Position numbers and translations under genes: made by a program
NCBI GenBank assembly: GCA_904063045.1
Contig: CAJFCJ010000008.1
Coordinates: forward strand, 124,001 to 188,000
Origin: Dimorphilus gyrociliatus
Taxonomy: Eukaryota; Animalia; Annelida
Length of the DNA stretch: 64,000 bases
Direction of reading: 5' to 3'
Shown here: in pieces, positions 23,606-38,185 of the stretch
Numbering within the stretch: the first letter of the stretch is position 1
Layout: every line of letters begins with the position of its first letter
Notes under the pieces: generated by a model
The model's database searches: none
What the model saw: only the letters and a program-made list of their open reading frames with translations
What the model was told of the DNA's origin: nothing

Positions 23606-25105
23606 ATGCGTGTAGTTTGGCTAATAGCTTTAATCTCATTGGTTTCTGGAAAGGACACGTGCGATATATGTACATGTGTTTTCTTTCTGGAAAGTAAAGT
23701 ATCCTGCGATCAGAAGGATTTAGCGAGGATTCCTGATGCTCCTAAGGAAGACTTTTATCACTTGGATATAGCCTATGCGGATTTTAGGCACTCACCTATA
23801 ACTCGACAAAATTTTACTGGCTATAATCATTTAAAAACTTTGACATTGGTTTTCTCAAAAATCAGGTCTATTAAGGTTAAAGCGTTCAGTAAAATGAGAC
23901 ATTTAAAGGCTCTTACATTATCCGGTAATAAATTAAGGAGGATCCATGATTATACGTTCGAAGGTCTTCACTTAAATATTTTAAATTTGGCTGATAATAA
24001 AGGCCTGTCTTTTAGCTCGTTTGCTTTTTCTGGAATGACAGTTAAAACTCTTTTACTCTCCGATTGCAAGATAACAACGCTTAATCCTAATGTCTTTAGA
24101 CCTATTAGTAACAGTCTGACAACGTTAAATCTGGAAAACAACAAAATTAAACAACTAGAGCCAACTTTTCTAGATCTCTTTCGTCAGATCAAACACATTG
24201 AATTGAGAAAGAATCCGTTCAAATGCGATTGTCAAGCAAGGTGGTTGAAAGACGTTTATAACGTTAAGAAAGAATTACCAGCACCAACTTGCGATTATCC
24301 CCCTAATTTACAGAACAAAACATTTAGGGATTTGAGTACGGACGATTTCAATTGTATCCTGCCTACATTTACAGACATAGACGCTTCGTTCAGTGAGAAT
24401 TCAGCCAAGTTAAAATGTTCCGCAACTGGTTCACCTGTACCTCGTTTATATTGGATTAAACCGTCCACACGAGATCCTCCATTCGTTGTTCCTCCTACAA
24501 ATCCAGAGGATCACTATAATGAAGCCATTTTTCATGCTACTAGACCTCATTCCACCACAAAGTGGACGTTATACAAATGCGTTGCATCAAATAAGGTTGG
24601 TAATACGACACTCACTTTGAATATTACGTGGCCGAATTTACGAACGAAGATTGTATCTATTCTGCCATCGGATTTTCCGCATAGGCGTAAAAAGGAGCAT
24701 CGTCATGATTTTGGTGACGATGACGACGACGACGATGATGATATTATTGATGATGATCATGCATCTCTTGAGGGTCAATACACTAAACATCGTAATAAAT
24801 TCGAAGGTCAAGAAAAGCCTGAAAGAGTATTTAATATAACCGAACTGGTCGGAGCAGTTGTTGGAACACATATCTGTACAGTATTGTTGTGTATAGTTAT
24901 TTTCCCGTTGTTTTTCAAGAGGCGTCTACTGTGCTCAAGAAGTAGACCGAAACACCCGGGTACCAGCCTCTCTGCCTCAGCTGCCAACGTTAAAGTGAAC
25001 AAGCCAAGCACAGCTGACTGTTACCTTCACGATCGACAGTTTGAGTATTACCCTCCGGCCTACATGGACAACCCACCATCATTGCCAAGGTTACCCCATA
25101 GATAA
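23606..25105 (+). CDS. Intronless LRR-Ig transmembrane protein (LIG class: LRRNT, about 6 LRRs, LRRCT, Ig I-set, acidic stalk, TM, cytoplasmic tail), 499 aa
   Basis: One long ORF. Signal peptide MRVVWLIALISLVSG; LRRNT TCDICTC...VSCDQKDLARIP; LxxLxLxxNxL repeats; LRRCT NPFKCDCQARWL...CDYPPNL...C; Ig LKCSATGSPVPRLYW...YKCVASNKVG; TM ELVGAVVGTHICTVLLCIVIFPLFF followed by KRR. Confidence 0.93.
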   Translation: MRVVWLIALISLVSGKDTCDICTCVFFLESKVSCDQKDLARIPDAPKEDFYHLDIAYADFRHSPITRQNFTGYNHLKTLTLVFSKIRSIKVKAFSKMRHLKALTLSGNKLRRIHDYTFEGLHLNILNLADNKGLSFSSFAFSGMTVKTLLLSDCKITTLNPNVFRPISNSLTTLNLENNKIKQLEPTFLDLFRQIKHIELRKNPFKCDCQARWLKDVYNVKKELPAPTCDYPPNLQNKTFRDLSTDDFNCILPTFTDIDASFSENSAKLKCSATGSPVPRLYWIKPSTRDPPFVVPPTNPEDHYNEAIFHATRPHSTTKWTLYKCVASNKVGNTTLTLNITWPNLRTKIVSILPSDFPHRRKKEHRHDFGDDDDDDDDDIIDDDHASLEGQYTKHRNKFEGQEKPERVFNITELVGAVVGTHICTVLLCIVIFPLFFKRRLLCSRSRPKHPGTSLSASAANVKVNKPSTADCYLHDRQFEYYPPAYMDNPPSLPRLPHR

Positions 25106-28100
25106 TTACTGATTTCTCCTCGAGATCTTCATATATCAAAGTATTTCTTGTCCATCATAATGTACACACATGTTATATATATACATATAAACAGTTTTGT
25201 GTCTATATGCATATATTTATATATACTTGTATATGTATATCATTATATTATTTTAGAGTTTTGGTCATTTTGACTTTTTACTTACAAAAAGACTGGATAA
25301 GGCGTATCTCAACTGCAAAAAACAAGAAAGAATCTATTTATTTATCTCTATAGACTGTGAAAAGAAGAAATGATAGAAAGGATAAATAAAGAAACGCCTT
25401 TACATTTTTTTAGTATAATAAAAGTGAGAATATTCCTAAGTACATAAAAGTATAGAGTATGACAAACAATACGAGTCAAAATTGTTTACTATTGTTTGCA
25501 AGCGACTCTTAGCGAATTATAGTAAGATCTCTCCTTTATCACATGTAAATATGTTGAAACCTAATCAATCACTTATAATTATATGCCTATAAAACAATAT
25601 AGTTTTATCATAAGCATGTGCTTAGTTAAGTATACGCTTCAAGTTTTATGAACGAGTCAATATACATCCTCCCTACTTGATATAAATTTCAACTGGTGTA
25701 TTAGTATACATATATATTTATCTACTGCTTACCTTATGCTATACAAACAGATGTTGCATCTTTGAAAAAGCCTCATTTCCAGCATCCGGTTCTTAGTAAT
25801 AACCACTTGTTAAAATGTACCCGATATTGAAAAAATATCAAAGAAAAGTTTAAAAGAGAACACAGTACTAAATCAATTAAACATTTTACTCTTTTATTAT
25901 CGACTAAAGGAGAAAAAATGAGCAGATATAAGTATAAAGAAGAACTCATTCGATATCATTAATAGATCCACAAAAGAACAACAATAATGGAATTTCATAA
26001 AAAGATCTTTTATAACTCAATTTCGCGTCTCCTCCTCTCGTATTTTAACCCTTTCTTTATCTTTTTGTTTGATTTATATTTGTATAAAAGTATGTTTTTT
26101 AAGGATTCATTGATATTAGATATCTGTATATAAATTCACGTACTGTCATACAAGTAACAAAGCCTTTCGGACGTTTCCATTCATCACGCGCCACTTAGCG
26201 TGAAATCACAAACAATCATAATATAGGAATTGGTAAAAAAAAAAGAAGAAAAATGCTTTGCTTATATGGCTATAAACTTTGTATAAAATAATATAACTAC
26301 ATACAGCTTAACGGTTATGCATAAAACGGAATATTTCTCTCGTTTTTAAAATAAGCCTATGCAGATCTATTGCATGTATTATATCTATATTTTGAAATAT
26401 CTTATTTAATGTGTAAATCATAAATATATATGCTAAAAAATCTCACGTATACAAAACGCCTCGCGTTTATTTACAAAGCGCCCGGCTACAAACTCCAAAC
26501 ACACGTTTTCCATAACTGAAAAAATATTCGCCTAACACTACAGGTTTCTAGCGGCTATTTTCTCCATATATTTTCCATATTATGCGGACCCTTTCTATAT
26601 GGGATCATATAGCTATAGCCATAGGCCTATATTTCAGAAAAACATCAAATAGCATATGTATATTGTATAATAAAATTGCGCATCCATTCTGAGTAGAGGG
26701 ATAAATGACATAAAAATGGTTCAGAGGAAAGAGTAATTTCTACAGATTTCTATGGTTATAAATCAAGTAGAAATAGAATAGAAGGTTACCTGGATATTGT
26801 ATTTATATATACAATAGTTGTTAATACATTTCAATCAGAGAAAAAGAAATTATTTACAATAGGAAAAGAAAAGGTTCAAAAATAGAAATAATAATTGAGT
26901 AAAAATAACTAGACCACCTTTTCCTTTTTTCCAATTCCAAACTAAGGAACTTAGTTTATCGCGCTCACCTGGCGATCACTAGGCCTAGCTCTAATTAGCG
27001 CAGCGAGAATTTTTGCGGATTTTTACGTCTAGGTGCAATTATTTTTTACGTGCAGAGTGCACTGATGTGTATAGATTCGTTTTAATAGGAAAAAAATCGG
27101 TAGGAAAAGGACAAATATGACTAGGTTACTCAACATCTACTAAAAGATAAATTCACCCTGTTCTCGTATTACACCCTTCTGTTTTATTAAAAGGTTAAAA
27201 ATAGCAAATTTTTTGACCTTTTCTTCATAAAATCGTGCATCATTATTTATTTTATTCATTATTTATCATGAAAATCACATGAAAAAGAAGCCCATGTACC
27301 AATATATATATATATATACATATAAAGAAACTGTATATACATTTTTATATAGTTTACTGTTACTAACTCCTGCAATAGTCTGGAACGGTTTCATGCAAAA
27401 TCGATTGTTCTTTCCTTATAGTAAATTACTTATGCATAAGAATTGATATTTTTTATATACTCTAAAAAGAACCTTTAATAACTTCAATTTGCCAGACATT
27501 CGAATTGTAGTTTGATAAGGAAATATCGACATTCTGTATAGAAATAAAGTAAAGAGAGACGCTTAATTAATTTATACGAAGATTACCAGCATTAATTTTG
27601 TAAATAGGTTAACGATTATTGTACGAAGAGATATTGAAAAGTTCTACTCTGTCTATAGTAGTATCTACCCTCCTCTGTTTATCTTTCCGCTGATATTTTC
27701 TAACTAATAAGCGGGTTGTTTAACGAATAAGATGTAAACAAGACCCTATCGCCTTTCGAAGAGATAGAGTGTGTATGGGTGGGAGGCGGGGGCGTAGAGA
27801 GGACCATGTTACATGCCCTAATAGTTATTTACTGCAGGGCGTTACGTATATTTTCAGAAATCTTGTACACGGCATATGGAAGTCTGTTGATAAGGCCAGA
27901 AAATGGAATTAAGGGAAAACAAGAGAAAGAGAGGGGAAAAGCCAGCAGGAATAAGCAAAATAAGCTTATTCCTAAAACGTCTAACTACATAAAAAGCGGG
28001 AAAATCGAATTCTTTCTTTTCCTTTGTTATTTTTTAATTTGGTGGGTTGTTTAACTAATTACAAAAGTCGTTCGTAACGGCTCGTAAATTCTCTCGATTC

Positions 28101-31100
28101 CATCAATATGAAAAAGTAATCAATTGTCAACGTACTCTAGTCTAATCAGTTGTCGTTTAGGGATTTTAAATGTTACGCAATATTCAGATGGAATTAGAAC
28201 GGGTGGCCTATGTAGTTTAATTGCTACCGATGGAACCTTATCTGGCGAGGATCAGCAGCTCTGTTGTCAGAAAGGTCGCCAACACTTTAATAACGATGAT
28301 TAGACCGCTAGGTAGTCCTTTAATGTGTCACGTATAGGCCTGTTAGAAGACTATAAATTATAATAGAAGAAAGAGAAAATATCCTCGGAGGATGATAATT
28401 TTCTACAACTTTACCGGTTGAAGAGGGAACAATAGCCGTTATCGGCTGAACTTTATCTAAGCAAATATTCAATTTACGATCTTTCTACATTACTAATCCG
28501 TCTGTAAACTTAACGGCGTTGTTGTCTATTCACTCTAAGCGGGCGGTGAAATTAAATAATAGAAAAGAAAAAAATGAGTCCATTATCCTTAGGCCTACGC
28601 AATTCGTATATAAACAAATATAAAGGGGATATATATGCACAGGGGGTTATTGTCTATACCTATAGAAAGAGCAAAGAACGAAAGAGCAGACGAGTTTTTA
28701 TTAAAAATGCTTCGTTAGGCACGTTCTGTCAACCTATTCGCTTTATATTCGATGATCAATTTAGCTCTTCTTTACTTTTTTACGACTGTTTATCAGTCAA
28801 GTGGTAATTTTTTTATTGTTCAATTTGACTTATCCAATTAGTTCGTACCTAAATAAAACAAAATAAAAAACGAAAGGAAAAGCCACCCATTAACTTTTAC
28901 CATTAGTAAACAACAAATTGTTACTCTTTTACTTATATTTAGTAAATTTGTCAAATGTAACCATTTTACTCTTTCTTCCTCTTAAGCATTCTCTGATATT
29001 TACAAACTGTAAACTGAAATAAAAAAAAGAAACGAGGGCTTTTACTTAATTTATCTTCTTCCTTTTCCTTTTGCTCCAGCTAGCTTTCCTTTTTCTTCAG
29101 TATTCTTTTTTTATTATTCTCTTTTTATAAAAAGGTAACCTAAAAAAGAGAATAGAAGGACCAAAAGTAATCAACTGAAAGTGAAAAGGGAAAGAAAAGA
29201 TAGAGGAGTGAATGATTCTTATCTTAGATTTTTTTCCCTTAATAAAGAATATACTCTTTTTCAATTTACAATCGAGTGTTTGCAATTGAAAGAAAAGTAG
29301 CCTGTAAAAGACGATAAAATTGGTCGGTAGATTTCTTTCGTGTCAAGTACAAGAAAGAGCTTTTAACAACTGAATGAATTCATTTTTCTTTATTGCAATC
29401 ATCAATGAAATAAAGAATACAAAGTATTACGCAATGATTTATAATCTTAAGTAACTATGACTGGTTGTAAAAAAATAAAATACAATTAAAAAAGCACTGA
29501 ATTATTGTATTTGTACATATTCAAAATTGAATGGATTTTCCCCTTTAACAATTGTTTACATATTGATGTGTAAAACTTTTTGAATAGATCTATGAATATT
29601 CAAATTAGTTGGACAACTTCTATTGGATAAACAAGTGCGAAAATTGAAAGAAGGCATTATTGGTTTAATCGAATTGAATGTTTTACGTTCAAACACAATA
29701 TTGTATTCATGCGAAAGTTGTATTTAACATACGTAATTGCCCTTGTCGTAAATTGTTCTTTGCCATCCAAATAACATCAATTTGATCGATGATGCATCAG
29801 CTTGTAGGAGATAGAGAAATGAGAGAAAGGGAGTTTGATAGAGAGCGAGGAAGAGATTTTTTGGATAAAAGGCTACTTGAATTGTAAATTGTTTGGAAAA
29901 ATTATGAATAAAAAGGTATAGGGGAGAGTGGGTAAAAAATCATTAATACACAAAAAAGCAATATTTACTAGAAATTTACGCGTGCTTCCCGTCCACATAA
30001 CGATCTTAACAAATCGTTACGAAAATCGAGAAGCACAGATCCTAATGCACTCTTATTTCCATTCCATTCTTTAAAAATTCCTGCTGCTATTTCCTATATT
30101 CGTATATAATATTTGTTATGAGAAAAGGAAATAGTATCTCCTGAGCCTGTATGCCAGCCCTTTTCCTACCCGTTGGGCTCGTAAATCGCCTGTCTAATCG
30201 ACTTCGAGGCAGGGTCGTGAGGTGGTTCTGAGCCGCGGTTGCTTTTTTACAAATTGGATACGGGATTTAGGATGAGGTGAAGGGGTTACGAACTCAACCA
30301 GTTTTTATCCTTTAATCGAGGACCGTTGATTTCATTGGTTGAAGGGATTAGTTAGTTCTTATTCATTGGTTACTCATTGACCTGGAGAGGAATACACGTA
30401 CGTATAAATATTATACATACGGAATGAATCAATAATAAATTGATATTCTACAAACAGGTGTTTTCCTAAATAGAAATCATTTCAAGGTATGAGGCGAGGA
30501 GTAGTTTGGGAAAAACAGATAATGAAAATCCCTATTCTCCTATTCTCTGCGAAAATAATATCCTCCTTCTCATCTAAGTCTACAAATATTAACCTCGATC
30601 GGATTATGCGTTAGCCGTTCGTGTTCGTCCATCCTCCCACTGTTTACTAGACCAATAAAAAAGCGGCGTCTAGAGGAAGATGGGCGAACGTGAGCAGAAA
30701 CTGTCCGAAGATATAAAGCAAACACCCACTGATTTGATTTGCGGTCGCATCGTCCTGATCGATTTGCTATATTTTTTTTACTACCGCCCTAACTACCTAG
30801 TTTTGACTATCCCCACTTTGCTAACGCCTACTTTTATTTTTTTTTTTTAACAAGAGATCCTCCTGTGCTTTCCCATCATTATTGCTTTCAGTAAAAGAAG
30901 ATGAATAGGGTATTAAATAGAAAGCGACCATAGTCAAAAAAACCTTTCTTTGCCTTCCTTGCTTCATCCATTTGTAGAATATGTGTTGGGTAATGCGTTC
31001 CGACGCGTCGCTTATTAAACGAATCGAAAATACAATCGATTTTGTCACGGCCGAATATTGAAACAATAGGCGACCCTTTTTCTCTATATCATCGCCCTTC

Positions 31101-34100
31101 CCCGCCCATAATTCTCTCCTCTCTTCTATAATTAGGGAAGCGTTTGGAAATATGACGCCTACTAATTTTTCTTTTACCCCTTTCGCTGCTCCTTTATTGG
31201 ATGAAGACAGAGAAACTTGGGTGTAGCAGATGCGTTAATCAGCTTATACTGTTTAACCGTTCTTTTTCCAATAAGGACCCTAGCCAGGTGTATGTATGAC
31301 AAAGAGAATTATGTATATTAAGGAATTTCAAATCATTAATACCTATAAATATCATCAAATTTTAATTAAATATTACAACAAACCCGCATCCACAATCAAA
31401 TAATACTAAATAAAATAAAAAATATGAATAAAACGATATAGCTCTTAGTGCTTATTGAAGACGGAAGAGTGCGAAAAATGAAGTATTAAGCGAATGGCTA
31501 CCAGTTATAGGCCTATTATTCTCAGCTTTTCCTACTCAATCAAACATTGGTTGGGTGACTCTGTAGCTTTTTCCTTTCTATCCATTTTTCTTTCCCATTA
31601 CATTTCCTTGATTCTATTGGCTTTTTTTTTCTTTCTTACTTATTTTTAGCCTTTAATTTATATCTTATATGCTAATCCGCCAATTCTAAGATTTAAAAGA
31701 TGATACACAGCATAAATATAATGGAAAAGAACTGCTCGGAGAAGTATTACTTATATTAGTTAATAAACAAAGTAAAGTGAAAGAAAGAGAGAAAGAAAGG
31801 GGGAAAAGGCAAAGAAAAATTGAAAAAAGAGAAAGATAGTGGAAAAAGAAGCGTAAAAATGTATAGATAATTACATCACGACTTCTCCGAGCGTCTACTG
31901 TCGCCTAAAGGATGAAGATTCGTTTGATACAGTTGGTAGTTCGTTTGGAGGCATTTGTGGTACTGTTTGAATAAAAAAACAATGGCTGTTAATTAAGGAA
32001 GAGATCGGAAAAATAGTATAATTTTAACAGCGGGTTGTCGTCATGGCACCATTTCATCATGTAGAAGGTGGGAGGAAATACCTTCTCATAGCTCTTTTTT
32101 TCCTTCCTACTTATTTTTTTACTACCTTATCCACTTATGATCACGTGACGGATTGATCTGTTAATTTTTTTTCCATTTCCCTCCCATTCCAATACTTCTT
32201 ATCTGATAGGCCCATTTATCGGGAAATAATGCGATATATTTCGAGTGCTATATTTGCATTGTAAATAAGGGCCAAAGATTTAAAAAAAGAATATTCTAAA
32301 TAGGAAGAAAGGAAAAAATTTTTGTTACGAAAGGACTAAGATTTTGTTTATATATAACACGCTTTTTTAAATATGCATAAACGTGTAATTTATACTTAAT
32401 AAGTAAATTTAACTATCATTTAACTCTGTTTAATAACGATGTCTTTTTATAGAAACTTAACAACGGTAAGTCGATGAGCCGACGCCACATAAAAGCGTCC
32501 CCTGTTCATTATCAGCTCAAAAGACGTCAAGCAGACTGACCCACTCTTGACCCGCTTATTCGTCAAGAACAGTTGTCTTTCCTTTAAATTGGGAAATAAA
32601 AGAGGTGAAATCCACTAAAATTATTTCCACATAGGAATATGTTAACATATGAATTATTAAGGGAATATATTCATAGAAACAAGACAAACTACCAGTCTTT
32701 TTACGCCCTTAATCGCTTTTCTTTGTCCTTACCTTTCAGGTAGGATGAAAATTTTATAAGCGCCGTTGTCCATAGCACTATTTAAGTACGCTCCAACGCG
32801 TCGTCTCTCTTCCTTTATTCCCTACTTTTTTTTTTATTGAAAAAGAAAAATTATAATAGAAAGCGTCCCTTAAAGCGTTTTTAAGGTGAGAAAATAGACG
32901 AAATTGGAAAATTTTCACAGCAAGATACGTTTAAGAGAGGCGTCGCACATAAAAGTGTTGATGGATGTCATTTTCGACATGGAACATAGAACTAATTTCC
33001 TAATACGTATTGATTTTTTCCTGCCGATGCAGAAACATTTTGCGGTATATGCATATATATTTATAGATCCAGGAGATGTTAGTAAATAAGCGTCTAATCC
33101 TGAACAAGATCAGCTAATACAAACAACTAGAAGTAATCGAACGCTGCTGCAATTTTTCTTAGCTCCGTCATCCCGCGGAGAAATTATCTGGCGGCTCACA
33201 ACGTTTTGCAGTCGTTTGTCACAATTGATGTTTAACTAAATGCCACTCTACTTTCTAATAAATGGCCGATCTGATTGATCACAAATTTTTCTTGTTAATT
33301 TGAGCATGTTAACAAAATGTTCTGACCGACCGAGCGAATAGGAGGAAGGTGGAAAAGTTGCTTTATTCTTCATCCAGTAGAGAGTTTAAATAGATGCAAT
33401 GACAATATTGACAAAGTTGGCGTGATTAGCATAACTTCCGGTTTTATATTTATGCCTTTTTAGGATAACAATATCACAGCAATATTTCATGTCTGGAAAA
33501 AGCGTCAAATTCTATTTTGCTTTCGACTTTTCCTTTGAATGGTTTCGTCTAACTAAATTTCCTGTCCTCTCCGATTACAATAATGATTAAATGCTAATAA
33601 ATTTCATAGAGAAACTGATATGTTTATCCAAGAAATTATGAAAGTTTGTTGATCAATGATACAGTGATTTTCATTACCAGTTGTCATTTGTTATTTTTTG
33701 AGAAATTGACATCAGACAATATATGGAAAGGAAGCCCCTAGGTAACTGCAATCAATTTAATGACCTTTCGATTAATAGTTCGACCTCAATTTGACAAAGT
33801 CATACTACTCTCTGCCTTCGCTTTCTCTCTGTCCAGCGAAATGTCCGGCTGCTACAAATGATCAATGAGGAACTTTTACTCTTGCGGCCATTCGGCTTGA
33901 TTGATACATGATTATAGAATACAGTAGTTATTGCTATAATTATTCTTACTTCAATGAAATTAGATTATGTTTAAATGCTAAATAAAGCGGGTACACGCAA
34001 AGCGAAAACTTTCATTTTCTTTTTTCCAAAAGGCCTAATATCTGTAATAAGAGATTTCTTTATTGATATAGATACGTTTAATCCCTTTCAATTATAGGCT

Positions 34101-34664
34101 TACATACGGATGCAGCTTATGTAAGATTTTAAGCTATAAATATTATCGACGTCCCACGAACCGAAATAAACGCTAGCTTCCGCTTGAGTAATTTCTTTCC
34201 CATGAAAAGAGAAAGTTATATCAATTTGTTTGTACTCAAGGTTTTCGCCTTTATAAAAAAAACATTCAATTTGACTGTCGAATTAGGTGCAGCTGCCCGT
34301 CGTTAAAATTCGGCGCAGATGCGAGGCGTCTCTAGTCGGTCCGGAGGTCAGGGGTCGTCCGTTACGTTTACGGCTGACATTTTGCTATGCTTTTGATGTT
34401 AACGATAGTCCGCATAGTTGCCGTTTTTCCATCTCGTTAGACGACCTTTTCGATAAATTGTTATTTCTAAAGTCACCAATAGGCCGTAATAGGCTACAGT
34501 TGTAAACAGTTATATATTATCCCGTTTCCCGTAACTAACAATTGGGTGTGTTATATAGGAAAACGATTGCACTTAATAATGAGCACATTTTTTTGTCATC
34601 TTCTTCTGTTGTTGTATGCGCGTATATACGTCTCACCCTATCTTCTTTTCTTTCTATTTTGCAG

Positions 34665-34796
34665 GTGTATACACCACCACGTCTTTGTTGTGTTGTTTAC
34701 AGTCAGGCTAGCCGTACGTGCTACATTCGGCAACTGTCCTCACTAGATATAAACGTCGGTCGGCTTTTAACTATCCCTTCTCACAGTACATGAAAG
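34665..34796 (+). other. Orphan, probably 5' UTR, exon with consensus splice sites
   Basis: Branch-like CTCAC, then tcttcttttctttctattttgcAG, a 132-nt exon and GAAAG|GTAAGC. All three frames contain stops. The exon ends in ATG AAA G. Confidence 0.55.
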
Positions 34797-37700
34797 GTAA
34801 GCAAAGAAGAAGAACGGGGCATGTGATTTTGGCAAGCAATCAATGTGATGGATAGACCGTCACGTGCACACATACACACACACACATACGTTCTTACAAG
34901 GCGCAAAAAAAAGCAGCCAAGTTGATTAGTAAGAATATAGGAAATTGGCGATACTTGTGTGAAAGAAGTTGAAGTAAGTAAGCTGGTCGAAAGTTGTATA
35001 AACATTTAAAGTTAATGAGTAAGGCATTCCTGAAGACTATTTTCATTCTATCTCCTATCCGTCTAATAGTTAATAGTTATTCCATTATTTTTGATAAACG
35101 ACCCGCAACGGGAAAATTTGCAGACGCTAGGCCTGAAAAAAAGACGATGTGTGCCCTTTTGTATATATAACATTAACTTGTACAAACCGTTTTTCATGCG
35201 TTGTTTGCACTAGGTGATTTGTCACCCTTCCAACCCAATTATAAACACAATTATAAAAGAAAGCCATTTACTAAGTAAAAACTATATAAGATTTATAGAA
35301 TTTCCAACAATCTCTTATTGGTCTATGTACAAACTTTACTGCATTATATAAGTAATAAAATTTATCTAATTATTAATTAATAATTCTAGTACAACAAAGA
35401 ATAAAAACTACTTTATTATGCATGTATTATGTCATAAAAAAAGAGAAGAATATACATATATACACTGTGTACAGTACAAAACAAACTGCATATATTATTT
35501 AAATAAATAATATAATAAGTGTTGAGGAAAAGGGAGGGAGAATTATAGAAGAAGAATGATAATGATATTTAGAATAAATGTATAATTTACATTAATATAA
35601 AAATATATGAAAGTAAAATTTACTATGGGAAATTTTTACGTTATTTATATTTACGCATAAAGGGGTTGAACACGCGCTGAAAAATATGCCAACAATTCAG
35701 TTGGCCCTAGGCAATTTGTCACCTTCGATGTAGCACTTAGGGGGAAAAGAGAACGTTTTTTGATACACCCAAGCATATACCTTGGGTACTAACGCCCACA
35801 TAAATATATATACAAGGTATCCGCAACATATTGCTCTTTACTATTTTTAACATATAGTACATGACTAATATACACCTGTTCTTGGATAATCATTAAGTGA
35901 GTATAGGTAGAGTTCTCATCAATCAGTCAATTAATATACTCTAATAAGTATATACATTTACGCACATAATGTTTATACATAACAGTAAACTACTTGACGT
36001 GAAAGAATATCTAAATAAACGTATAAAGGCATATAGGAAAATGAAAAAAACAAAAAAAAGGAACTATTGTTGACAATAAAAATAAAGTGACATATGTTTT
36101 AAAGAGAGTTTATGGATTGAGAAAAATGGGTATAAAAAAACAAAAACAAAGACCTTAACACATCGCCTAACTGGAACAAAAGGCATTTCGTTCGGATTTG
36201 CGTGCGGTTATCCGTACGGAATAATGCTTTTCATGCTTTTACGAATTCGCCGTTCAAAATCTCAGATAAGAGTATATGGTATAAGTCAACTGAAGCGTAA
36301 ATATGCAATTTTTTGTCCCTGGTCCCTATTTTATTTCACGGCCATTACTCTGCTTTGTTTAAACTTTGGATTGTACACTGCTCAATACACGATATAGATG
36401 GACAAGAAAGAAAGAGAGAGGAAGAGAGCAAAGAGCATAAAAGAACGGGTTGAATGTATACTTTAGCGGTGAGCATTTACGGAAATAAGAGGAGTGTGCA
36501 TAACACGGGCAACGTTCGCCCCTTCTTTTTACATCTGCTCTATGTATTTCTTTGAGATAAGAAGGCTAAAAACTTTGCGTATGACACATAGCGTGCAAAA
36601 CATCTCTACTCTTTATTCCTCTTTTCCCCAAAATATATCAAGCGTAAGGGGATAGTAAGAAAAAACAGCTTTAAGAATTCTTTCATAGCAAACTCTACAA
36701 ACTGACCATCATCTTTCAAGAAAAGGGTCAGGAAGGGTCAACCTAGTCTAACAAACTATAGCAAACAAAGCACTCTTCCTTGTCGACTGAGACTATAAAA
36801 GTTAATGAATAAACAAACAACCGTTATACGATACTCTTGCTGATGTTCCGAACATTGGAGGTATAAGTAATTGGAAAATGGATTTTATTAATTTATTAGA
36901 TTAGTTATTTTCATTATACATAATAGAAAGTACGAAATATAAACTTATAAGAAGATTTCAATTAATTAAAAACTATAGGCATGTATATCTTAATAAGCTG
37001 ACTAAAAATAGCTTTTATAATTTTCTATTTTAGTGGAAATGGATAAAAAAAAATCTTAGAATGGAATATTTTAGCTAATGTGATTTTAATTATTTAGCTC
37101 CTTTTATAGAACGAAAAATGAAATAGTCAAGTTTGAATAACGTAAAATATATTGATTTCTACCTTTTTTCTATCCTATTATTAAAATACTTCAAGTTTTT
37201 AAGGATAGTTTTTGATTCATGATGAAAATGAATGATAGGAGCAGATTTTGTACCTACTAAAAAAGAATCAGTTGAGTGACGTAAATGTAAGGGGCAGTGA
37301 TTCTACCTGCATCTAATACTTGAAAAGGTGAAAAATGTTTGATATTTTCTCTAAATATCATTTTAGAATGTAGTATATTACAAGTTTATATATAAATAAA
37401 TAACTTAATAGAATAAATAACAATAAATAAACAGCAGTATCACAGAATATTAAATCTATGACCAGCTGTAAATAATGAATGTTTCATTTTTACTTTAATA
37501 TATACAAGAAGAATTGAAGAAACCATAAAACAAATAGGCGTAAAAAAATTGAAAACAGTAAAAATAGTATCAAAGAACAAAGTTTTATTGTATTTTTAGG
37601 TATTAAACTATGAGGAATCCATAAAATGTGCCGTAAACCAGGTTTTTAATATAAAAGTACCAGCCTGACATGCCTGCCAATACCCATAGACATTTGATAA

Positions 37701-38149
37701 ACGAGTAAAAAAAAACTAATGGAAAAAGTCTCTGAACAATTAACAGGACGGCTGCATCTGAAAAATTTGAACATTTTCCCATTATCCTTTTAATAATAGA
37801 GTTGTTTATAATAAAAACTAAAATATATAATAAAACAATTTATCCATATACACTTTCTTAATTTTTTTTCTATTTTACCCCTTTTGGTCAATAAAAAACG
37901 TACATCGAACACATAGGTTTTAGGTTATTTACAAATATGTGGTACATGTTTTAACTCTATCCTTTAGATTAAATTTCAGAATGAGACACTTTATGACTAA
38001 CCACTCCACCCTTTCTTTTTACTCTTACTATTTTATATTTAGGTCTTTTACACTTTTTTTCTCTCCTCTTCCGTTAAAGTGGAATTTTTAAGAGGTTGAA
38101 AGAAAATAAGAGAAAGGAGACTAGAGAAGGGAATGGATAAGGAATAAGA

Positions 38150-38185
38150 GAATGAATGAATGAATGAATGAATGAATGAATGAAT
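38150..38185. repeat. (GAAT)9 tetranucleotide repeat
   Basis: Read directly from the sequence. Confidence 0.95.
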
